Below are positions 18,400 to 25,934 of a stretch of 25,934 nucleotides of DNA, piece by piece. How positions within the stretch are numbered: position 1 is the first letter of the stretch; each line of letters starts with the position of its first letter. A program made the position numbers and the translations under genes. Below the pieces are notes generated by a model. That model was not told the origin of the DNA. It was given only the letters and a program-made list of their open reading frames with translations, and searched no databases. The stretch is taken from assembly GCA_039638295.1 (NCBI GenBank), contig JBDIWJ010000025.1:1-25934 (forward strand), written 5' to 3'. Source of the stretch: Candidatus Phoenicimicrobium oleiphilum. GTDB lineage: Bacteria > Atribacterota > Phoenicimicrobiia > Phoenicimicrobiales > Phoenicimicrobiaceae.

Positions 18400-19073
18400 C
18401 TAAAAGAGAAAATGAAACTGTAATCAAAATTACTGACCTTTCCTTTGCTTATCCCTCCCGGGATTATGTATTTAAAAAGTTCAATTTTGATTTTTTTAAA
18501 GGAGAAAGGATAGGTCTGGTTGGGCCTAATGGAAGTGGGAAGACTACTCTTTTCCATCTTATTATGGGACTTTTACATCCATCAGAAGGGAAGATTGAGA
18601 TTTTTGGAAAAGAACGAAAAGTAGAGAATGATTTTGTAGAAGTTAGAGAAAAAATCGGCCTGGTATTTCAGGACCCCGATGATCAATTATTCAGTCCTAC
18701 TGTGGCTGAAGATATTGCTTTTGGTCCTCTAAACTTGAGAAAAAATCGTCAAGAGACTGAAAAGATTCTAAAAGAAACCTTAGAGACGTTGGGTTTAGCT
18801 GGTTTTGAAGATAGGATTACTTATAATCTTTCCTATGGAGAAAAAAGATTAGTCTCTTTGGCTACTGTTCTCTCTATGCAGCCGGAAGTTTTACTTCTTG
18901 ATGAACCAACAGCCTGGCTTGATGAAAAGACGATTAAAAGGATAGCCCGGATTCTAAACAATAATTCTAATTTATCTTATGTAATTATTTCTCATGATAA
19001 AAAATTTTTAAAAGAGACTACTAATTGTATATATGAAATGAGAAATGGAGAGATTAAGATTAAAAAAAAGTAG
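18396..19073 (+). CDS. cbiO: ECF ATPase CbiO/NikO
   Basis: GPNGSGKT, FQDPDDQLF, LSYGEK, LLLDEPT, IISHD. Start placed at the ATGA overlap (18396). Confidence 0.92.
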   Translation: MTKRENETVIKITDLSFAYPSRDYVFKKFNFDFFKGERIGLVGPNGSGKTTLFHLIMGLLHPSEGKIEIFGKERKVENDFVEVREKIGLVFQDPDDQLFSPTVAEDIAFGPLNLRKNRQETEKILKETLETLGLAGFEDRITYNLSYGEKRLVSLATVLSMQPEVLLLDEPTAWLDEKTIKRIARILNNNSNLSYVIISHDKKFLKETTNCIYEMRNGEIKIKKK

Positions 19074-19144
19074 TTTTTGTTTTACCTTCTTAAATATTTG
19101 CAGTTTCTTTTTCCATTTGTTTGCCCATACACCATCAAGCAGAA

Positions 19145-20836
19145 CTATAATTCTACTTTGGACTTTAATTCACTATAACTTCCTGGGAAGTATTTCGTTT
19201 CTTTTCCATTTATCTCCAATATTTCATCTGCTAGTTTTTTTATCAAATATCTATCATGACTCGCCACAATTATAGTACCCGAATAATCAGCAAGTGCATT
19301 CTCTAAAGCTTCACGAACATGTACATCAAGATGATTAGTTGGTTCATCTAAAATAAGTACATCAGGTTGAGATGCCAATACTTTTGCTAAACTAACCTTA
19401 ACACGTTCACCGATGCTAATATTTTTAATCTTTTCATATACTCTTTTCTGGCTAAATTTAAGACAACCTAATACAATCCTTACAAATGTTTCATCTGAAT
19501 TTTCTCGCTTAACTTCAGTTAAAATTGTATTCTCCATGTTTAGATTTTCTTGCTCTTGAGCATGGTAGCCAATCTTTATATTGGTCCGCCATCGAATAAA
19601 ACCAGAATCAGCGGGAATTTCACCTAATAAAATTCTAATAAGAGTTGTTTTCCCTGATCCATTAGGCCCAATAATCCCAATTGTTTTACCTCTTATTATT
19701 GTAAAATTGAGCGAATTAAATAAGATCCTATCTCCAAACGATTTTGACAATTCACAAACATCAAGCACTATTTTACCAGAGTGACGGGCAGTCTCAAGTT
19801 TTACTCTTATCTGTTTCTCAACGGCTGGTTTGTTCACTTTTTCTTCTTCTATCATCTGTTTAATGCGAGTTTCAACTGCTTTTGCTCTCTTGGCTAACTT
19901 AGCTGCGCGGTGAGTAATAAAGCCTTTATCTTTTGCACCAATTTTCTCCTTCTCCTTCCTTTTTGCCCATATTTTACGCCGTTTTGCTTCTCTCTCCATC
20001 TTCTTTATTTTTCGGTTCTGTTCTTCATATTTCTCCCATGCTTGTTTCTCTTTTAAATTTCTCTCATAGATATAAAAACTGTAATTACCAGAGTATATTG
20101 TAGATTTACCATCTCTAAGTTCTAAGATAGATGTAACTACTTTATTAAGAAAATATCTGTCATGTGAAGTAACAAGGATTGTACCTTTATACCTTCTCAG
20201 GTACTCTTCAAGCCATTCCAGAGAATTGATATCTAAATGATTAGTGGGTTCATCAAGAATTAACAGATCGGGTTCTTCTAACAGAATTTTTGCCAATTCT
20301 ACTCTGGTTTTTTCGCCCCCACTTAGCTTGTTATAATTTCTTTTCATATCATCCTTAGTAAAACCAAGCTTAGAAAGGGCCTTTTTTATTTTTTCCTCTA
20401 ATTGAAATCCTTCTATTGTTTCATATTTGCTAAGCAGTTCTCCATAATCCCTAAGAACTTCTGTATCCACATCATTTTCCAATCGTTTTTCTAAAACACG
20501 GAGATTTTTTTCAACTTTATAGACCTCTGGAAGAGCAGCTTTTACTTCTTCTAAAAGAATTCTGTCTGAATCCCTACTTACATCTTGTGGAAGATAACCA
20601 ATTTTTAAATCACATTTCGGCTTTTCTATATTACCTTCAAAGTCAGTTAACTCTCCCACCAAAATCTTTATTAATGTGGATTTGCCAGATCCATTTGGAC
20701 CTACAATCCCAATCTTTTCTTTCAATCCGATAGTAAAAGACACCTTCTCAAGAAGATTTCTATCCTGAGAACTATATCTATAAGTAAGATTATTCACTCT
20801 TAGTAATGTACCAATTAAATCCATAAGAAATCCCAT
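19145..20836 (-). CDS. ABC-F ATPase, antibiotic-resistance (ribosomal protection)-like
   Basis: Two NBDs (GPNGSGKS/GPNGSGKT, LSGGE/ISIGE, LDEPTNHLD x2), no TM segments; long linker WAKRKEKEKIGAKDKGFITHRAAKLAKRAKAVETR. Confidence 0.9.
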   Translation of the reverse strand: MGFLMDLIGTLLRVNNLTYRYSSQDRNLLEKVSFTIGLKEKIGIVGPNGSGKSTLIKILVGELTDFEGNIEKPKCDLKIGYLPQDVSRDSDRILLEEVKAALPEVYKVEKNLRVLEKRLENDVDTEVLRDYGELLSKYETIEGFQLEEKIKKALSKLGFTKDDMKRNYNKLSGGEKTRVELAKILLEEPDLLILDEPTNHLDINSLEWLEEYLRRYKGTILVTSHDRYFLNKVVTSILELRDGKSTIYSGNYSFYIYERNLKEKQAWEKYEEQNRKIKKMEREAKRRKIWAKRKEKEKIGAKDKGFITHRAAKLAKRAKAVETRIKQMIEEEKVNKPAVEKQIRVKLETARHSGKIVLDVCELSKSFGDRILFNSLNFTIIRGKTIGIIGPNGSGKTTLIRILLGEIPADSGFIRWRTNIKIGYHAQEQENLNMENTILTEVKRENSDETFVRIVLGCLKFSQKRVYEKIKNISIGERVKVSLAKVLASQPDVLILDEPTNHLDVHVREALENALADYSGTIIVASHDRYLIKKLADEILEINGKETKYFPGSYSELKSKVEL

Positions 20837-20991
20837 ATATCCTTTGCTATAGAAAGTTTATTTGTATCCAACTTGATACAAAAATGGCAAAAAAAGTTCA
20901 TACCCCAGACATCGTGAGTTAGAAGCAGAATATAAAAATATACTTTCTTCCATAAGAGATTTGGAAGTACTTGCTGATTCGAATTTTATAA

Positions 20992-22944
20992 TTATAACAC
21001 ATCTGCTGAATATAGTTTTTCAATAAATCTTTTTATCTGAGTTGTTTTTATACCGTATTTATTCTTTATAACTTCTAAAGCAAGATTAAGATTACCACTT
21101 TTAAAGAATGCATTTAAAAATTCATACGATAGTTTACTCAATCTAACGTTTTTCAAAGTATCTTGAGCTAATTTATCTTTAACTTTATATATAAGGAGGT
21201 ATTCAGTTTCTTCCTCACAATTAAATTGCACCTGTCTTTCATTGACATCAATTGCAAGATCACTTATTTTATAATTAAAGATTCCTATCCAGTAAATCTT
21301 ACCTTTAAAATCTTTAATTCCGTCAAAATTTTCATGTAAGACTATAGCATTTAATGCAAGCTCATACTTCAATATATCGTGTGTTAGTTTATTCATTTTA
21401 CGAAATTTATAAAGATTGTATAAAAAACTATTAATTTCTTTACGAAAAAAATTTACAGGATTTATATTACTACAATTTCCCCTTATATTTAAACTTTCAT
21501 TCTTACAATATATCTTCCATAATTTTGTGATTTTTATAAAATTTTCTTTTTCATAGTATTTCCAAAGTACTGAGAATCTAGGAAAGAAATGGTAAAGTGT
21601 TGGTATTAGGATGTGTGCTGCAATAATAAAATCTCTTGAGAGATGTTTAGTAGGAAAGTAGTAATAAAAAGGAAATACATCTTTAAAATTTTTTATCAAG
21701 GGAAAGTCTAATATCCTTGTATCTACTATACCAGCGTTATATCCATCAAATTTTAGTAAATTTTGATAAGCATTAAACAAAGCTGTACCAGACAAAGGAA
21801 TCAAAAGATAGAAGGCAAAATGTGCGCCAAGCATTCTAGATTTAAGTAGCATTGTTAACGTATCTTCTACATCCTTTTTTTCTTCTATTGGGAACCCAAT
21901 TATAAAAGATGTCGTGCATTTTATTCTTAATTTCTTTGTCTTTTCTATACTTTTAATCGCTTGCTTAAGCTTTAGATTCTTACCTATATATTCCTGGATC
22001 CTTGAGGAGCCAGATTCAATTCCATAAAAAATTTGTCTTAATCCACCATCCTTTAGCATCATCAATTCTTCTTCTCTTGGATGATCAGCGCGTCCATGAC
22101 ATCGCCAAGTTATGTTGAGATTCTCTTCCTTTATTTTCTTAGCAAGATTTAAAAGCTGTCTTTTGTGGATAGTGGCACAATCATGCAGGAAAAAGAAATG
22201 ATTTATTTGGTATTTCATAGAAAAGTATTTAACTTCTTCTAAGATTCTATTAATAGTTTTAAATCGACTTTTTCTTCCCCAATGTATACTTGTTGCACAA
22301 AATTTACAAGCAAATGAACAAGAACGCCCTATTTCTATCGTTATTTCCTTAAAATCCCGCGCAAAAGGATGAAGATGGTAAGCAGGAAAGGGAAGTAGAT
22401 CTAGATTTTGAATAAGATTTTCTGAAGGATTTCTAACTATAGAAGATCCATTTCTGTAAGTGATGCCATCTATCATATTTAATTTGTCTATATTCCCATT
22501 TAGGAGAAGTTTTATTAAATTCAGGAATATTTTTTCTCCTTCTCCCCTAACTATAATATCAACGCACCTAAAAGTTTTGAGAGTTTCTCTATCAGAGGTA
22601 GTTGCTTGTGGTCCGCCAAATACAATTATTGCGTCTTTCACCCTCCTTTTGTATTCTTCTGCAATTTTTATTGTTACAGGATAAGAATAGCACATTGTAG
22701 TAAACCCTAATATAGTATATGATCTACTTGCTAAATAACAAGCTACCTCTCTGTGGAAATTCTTATCCCGTCTTAATGTTTTCTTCTCAACCAATTTATA
22801 AAGATCAACAATTTCTACTTCTATGCCTGCCTGTTCTAATACCGCACTAAGAGATAGTATTCCAATGGGTATTCCATATCCTTCATCTGAATTAAGAATT
22901 GTTTCACATTCTATAGGAGGTACAGTAATTAATGCGACTCGCAT
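20992..22944 (-). CDS. Cobalamin-dependent radical SAM enzyme (putative RiPP methyltransferase)
   Basis: B12-binding domain (PIGILSLSAVL, GGPQAT, IVRGEGE), CSFACKFC, GIESGS, FIIGFP, long C-terminal extension. Confidence 0.88.
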   Translation of the reverse strand: MRVALITVPPIECETILNSDEGYGIPIGILSLSAVLEQAGIEVEIVDLYKLVEKKTLRRDKNFHREVACYLASRSYTILGFTTMCYSYPVTIKIAEEYKRRVKDAIIVFGGPQATTSDRETLKTFRCVDIIVRGEGEKIFLNLIKLLLNGNIDKLNMIDGITYRNGSSIVRNPSENLIQNLDLLPFPAYHLHPFARDFKEITIEIGRSCSFACKFCATSIHWGRKSRFKTINRILEEVKYFSMKYQINHFFFLHDCATIHKRQLLNLAKKIKEENLNITWRCHGRADHPREEELMMLKDGGLRQIFYGIESGSSRIQEYIGKNLKLKQAIKSIEKTKKLRIKCTTSFIIGFPIEEKKDVEDTLTMLLKSRMLGAHFAFYLLIPLSGTALFNAYQNLLKFDGYNAGIVDTRILDFPLIKNFKDVFPFYYYFPTKHLSRDFIIAAHILIPTLYHFFPRFSVLWKYYEKENFIKITKLWKIYCKNESLNIRGNCSNINPVNFFRKEINSFLYNLYKFRKMNKLTHDILKYELALNAIVLHENFDGIKDFKGKIYWIGIFNYKISDLAIDVNERQVQFNCEEETEYLLIYKVKDKLAQDTLKNVRLSKLSYEFLNAFFKSGNLNLALEVIKNKYGIKTTQIKRFIEKLYSADVL

Positions 22945-23614
22945 TCTTTATACCCCACTAACTTCTGCCATCTAATAATAGATGATATTCCTGCAAAAGC
23001 AGCTGTAAATAAAAAGACACTTCTTACATCAATCATATCGTTCATAAATCTGGCTATCCCCATTGAGAATAGACTTACTATATTATTGGCAGATTGAAGA
23101 GTTAAAAAAATTTTACTATGATAATCTTCAGGAACAACTTCCTGTGAAATTGTCTCTTCATTTTTCTCATACAAAGCCATAAAAATACCCCTAACGATTA
23201 ATATAAATACATCATAATAGAATCTACTTAAGGCGAGCATGAAAATTGTCATACTTATTACACTTCCTGCCAATGCAATCCCTCTACTTTTATTATAAAT
23301 TAAAAATCTCGTTAAAAAGTTTAAAATAAACATTCCTATTACTGCACTTATTCTATTGGAAATAATATAATAGCCCATACTTAGCTACTCCAGCATTTAA
23401 AGCCTCCTTCGGCAGAAAGGACCAAAAATTATTAATGGTATAGCTATAATTATCCATAATGTGCCAATTAAAATCTCTGACTTGATTGTCTCGTAAATAA
23501 TATAGCTGGCTATTATTATTCTGACCAATCTCCTATAAAAGAAACAAGCATACCTATAAAGTTCTTAACAAAATTCCTATTCTTTAATAGAACTATCTGT
23601 GAAGATATTAGCAT
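22929..23614 (-). pseudogene. Decayed MFS exporter (frameshifts plus internal deletion)
   Basis: ATG 23614: MLISSQIVLLKNRNFVKNFIGMLVSFIGDW then stop. Shifted frame IIIASYIIYETIKSEILIGTLWIIIAIPLIIFGPF, then FLPKEALNAGVAKYGLL, then the 149-aa ORF with QEVVPEDYHSKIF. Total length is far below a 12-TM MFS. Confidence 0.75.
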
Positions 23615-24965
23615 CTTTCTCTCTACAAATACTCCTTATTCTGTCTTGATATACACATTCTATAATTTTAGGTTGTATCTCCTCCAGAAGTCTTTTTTCA
23701 CAATAAATTTTCTTGAAATCCCCATACTTTAAGTAGCTTTTATACTTGCATCCACCCCCACAAATAGGAAGAAATTTACATTCATAACATTTTGCAGGAA
23801 AAGAGATTTGTGAAAGTTCATCATGGATTGAATTGTAACCTTCATTAATTACTTCTCCTACTGAGAAAACATTAAAACCCATCATGAAGGCACATTTATA
23901 TATTTTCCCATCTGGACCTATGATTATATTGTTTTTATGAGTGAATGTACAAGGATAGAATCTTCCTAAAGTCTTGGATACTTTTAAATTGCGTTTATTT
24001 ATCTCCTGCAAAATGTGCTTATATGCTTCTATTAATTCTTGTTCATTAAGCTTATAAACTTCATAATGAGAAGACAAATTCTTTTTAGCAGCAGGCAAAA
24101 CAGGTTCTGGAGATACAATGATTTTCTTGTCTATCCCATTCTTTATAAATTCATCGAAAAGTTCACTAAGTGATAATATATTTTGTTTATCAAAATTCAC
24201 TTCCACTATAATTTCTACCTTACAAGATAAATCAGATATCTTTTTTATAGCTTGAATAATTTTATTAAAACTTCCTGACTTGTTTTTAAATAGACGTCTT
24301 TTATCATGAATTTTCCTAGGCCCGTCTAATGTAAATTGGATTCCCTTAAGCTCATTAAGAATTAAGTTGTTAAGATTTATTTTTTCAATAAGAACTCCAT
24401 TAGTAGTTAAACTAAATCCAAAGCTTAGTCCTCTTTGAATAGATATTTTTCTTACTCTATCTATGAAGAAATTAAAACTTTCTAAATCAACCAAGGGTTC
24501 CCCTCCAAATAGATTTAAAGAAATATTCCTGATAGACTTGTTACTATCAAGATATCGTTCCAACCACTTGAGTGTTTTTTCTTTTATAAAATTGTTCATT
24601 TGAACACCTTTTATGTGTTGTTGAAAACAATAAACACATTCCATATTACATTTTGTAGTATAGGCTATTACAAAGTATAACCTATCATTAGTAAATTTAC
24701 CCTTTTTGAAAACTTTCTCTATAACTTCTTTTTCATCAACATCATCTTTTACTAAAAAACCTAGCTCTTCTAGTTTTTTTAAACTCTGAAAAGCTCCACA
24801 GTTTTTATCTTCTTTGTCTTTTTTACTCGAGATCAATATCTCTAAATTTGTTTTATCTTTTTTTGATAATATGATGAGAGTCTCTTTTACATAGTTATAT
24901 CCTAAGAGATAATTGTCATTGTTTGAATAAGGAAACCACAAATTATAGTTTGAAAATTTATACAT
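23577..24965 (-). CDS. Radical SAM/SPASM-domain peptide maturase
   Basis: CNMECVYC, FGGEP, TTNG, TLDG; SPASM Cx18C...Cx2Cx5Cx3Cx15C; RRE-like N-terminus. ATG 24965 (MYKFSNYN) is preferred over TTG 25007. Confidence 0.9.
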   Translation of the reverse strand: MYKFSNYNLWFPYSNNDNYLLGYNYVKETLIILSKKDKTNLEILISSKKDKEDKNCGAFQSLKKLEELGFLVKDDVDEKEVIEKVFKKGKFTNDRLYFVIAYTTKCNMECVYCFQQHIKGVQMNNFIKEKTLKWLERYLDSNKSIRNISLNLFGGEPLVDLESFNFFIDRVRKISIQRGLSFGFSLTTNGVLIEKINLNNLILNELKGIQFTLDGPRKIHDKRRLFKNKSGSFNKIIQAIKKISDLSCKVEIIVEVNFDKQNILSLSELFDEFIKNGIDKKIIVSPEPVLPAAKKNLSSHYEVYKLNEQELIEAYKHILQEINKRNLKVSKTLGRFYPCTFTHKNNIIIGPDGKIYKCAFMMGFNVFSVGEVINEGYNSIHDELSQISFPAKCYECKFLPICGGGCKYKSYLKYGDFKKIYCEKRLLEEIQPKIIECVYQDRIRSICREKDANIFTDSSIKE

Positions 24966-24991
24966 AGCCTTAAATTCTCCTAAATAAAAAT

Positions 24992-25211
24992 GGTTCTTCT
25001 CCAACAAGTGTAGTCATCCACAAAAATAGATCTTTGACAATTTAGTTGAAAGGTAATCTAGTCTTTGCTGTATAGCTTATGTCAAAAACAACATAACTAA
25101 CAAATACAGGAGGGAGACAAGATGCCAACCAATATTATAGTGGACTGGATCAATTTGCCATTAGAGAACGATGAGACAGAAGACTTACTTCTATTTAAAT
25201 TAACGACTTAA
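24992..25211 (+). mobile_element. Possible truncated ISL3-family left end
   Basis: Starts GGTTCTTCTCC after an A/T-rich tract; AGGAGG SD then ATG 25122 MPTNIIVDWINLP..., a 29-aa ORF. No right end or target duplication found. Resemblance is from memory only. Confidence 0.35.
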
Positions 25212-25237
25212 TATGGAAGTCTAACTTCTGCCTCATC
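25170..25237 (-). other. Long imperfect stem-loop downstream of the precursor gene
   Basis: Minus strand GATGAGGCAGAAG pairs with CTTCTGTCTCATC (13 bp, one G-U), plus an inner ACTTC/GAAGT stem. Confidence 0.6.
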
Positions 25238-25274
25238 AAATTCCCATAAGTTGATTTGAGTTTTTAAAACCTTA

Positions 25275-25427
25275 TCATCGGGGTACAGGCATTTTACAAG
25301 CAATCTCTGAAAGTTCTGATACTACTTCCTGAACAACTTCAAATTTGAATATGTTTTCTACTGTATCTATATTCTTCTCTACCTTAATGCTTTTTTCCGC
25401 TATATTTTCTAATTTTTTCTTGCTCAT
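25275..25427 (-). CDS. Putative RiPP precursor peptide (50 aa)
   Basis: AAAGGAGG SD, ATG 25427, MSKKKLENIAEKSIKVEKNIDTVENIFKFEVVQEVVSELSEIACKMPVPR, TGA TAA; first gene upstream of two radical SAM genes on the same strand. Confidence 0.75.
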   Translation of the reverse strand: MSKKKLENIAEKSIKVEKNIDTVENIFKFEVVQEVVSELSEIACKMPVPR

Positions 25428-25712
25428 ATTTGCTCCTCCTTTCATGAAAAAATTTGTCAAAAGCGCCTTTTAGAGTTTTCTGAAGCCCTATTACAATTTT
25501 TTATCTCTTACAACATATGAAGGTAGAACTACTACTGCAACATTGAATAGTATCACTCACCTGCTACCAAACAATTTTGACGAATAATTTAGTGCATAAT
25601 ACAAACATTGTCTTTAGTTGCTGTTTTTGCATTCTCCCAACATTGTCCAACTGATTTTTCCCTGAAACATGATGCCATTGGTAACAAGGAACGGGGTCAT
25701 GAAACTTCCTAC

Positions 25713-25850
25713 CTATCTCTCCACAACAGAAACCTCAGGTGAAAAACTCTGTGTTTGCTGGCTATCAGAAGATGGATCTCCTGAAACTATGGTATTTATG
25801 CATAGACTAAGACTGAGAGTAAGAACCAGGGCAACAAAAAGTTTTTTCAT
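25713..25850 (-). pseudogene. Short signal-peptide-bearing ORF, probably a truncated exported protein
   Basis: Not in the track. AAGGGGGT SD, MKKLFVALVLTLSLSLCINTIVSGDPSSDSQQTQSFSPEVSVVER then TAG; the frame stays open about 30 codons beyond the stop. Confidence 0.45.
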
Positions 25851-25934
25851 TTAAACCCCCCTTAACATTTATTTTTTTCTAAGTATATACCTCTCCATAT
25901 GATTTTCAAATTTGGCAAGCCCTAAAACGCCTAT

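Noticed and set aside
7903..22684. Remaining short antisense or overlapping ORFs in the track (e.g. 7903-8199, 10179-10454, 12819-13109, 15805-16077, 19045-19275, 22460-22684)
   Set aside because: They lie opposite or overlap confident CDSs and show no independent coding signal.
25272..25277. TGA before TAA as a C-terminal selenocysteine in the precursor
   Set aside because: No SECIS-like hairpin immediately after the TGA (the stem-loop starts 37 nt away); tandem stops are common.
25428..25460. Longer 61-aa version of the precursor (MTNFFMKGGAN...)
   Set aside because: The extension simply translates the AAAGGAGG SD; ATG 25427 has proper spacing.
25669..25854. 61-aa plus ORF
   Set aside because: No SD. 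The opposite strand has an SD and a signal-peptide-like ORF.

Overview
AT-rich bacterial window from a probable anaerobe; taxonomy cannot be fixed from the sequence. The left 19 kb is metabolic and housekeeping: an EamA/DMT exporter; a Moco/Tuco-riboswitch-led aldehyde oxidoreductase operon (4Fe-4S subunit, AOR, FAD subunit, MoaD/ThiS-like protein); class II aldolase; DAGK-family kinase; a tandem nitrilase-fold protein; GNAT; rarA; a ThiF/MoeB-like E1; ddl; nitroreductase; and nikR with an ECF-type Ni/Co uptake operon. The spacers carry GTAG-type REP hairpins and heptamer microrepeats. The right 6.3 kb (minus strand, 19145-25427) is a candidate RiPP cluster that I cannot assign to a known class: a 50-aa precursor ending ...ACKMPVPR, a radical SAM/SPASM maturase, a decayed MFS exporter, a B12-dependent radical SAM enzyme and an Lsa/VmlR-like ABC-F ATPase. 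The ABC-F hints at a ribosome-targeting product with self-resistance. All calls come from motif recognition by eye; no searches were run.
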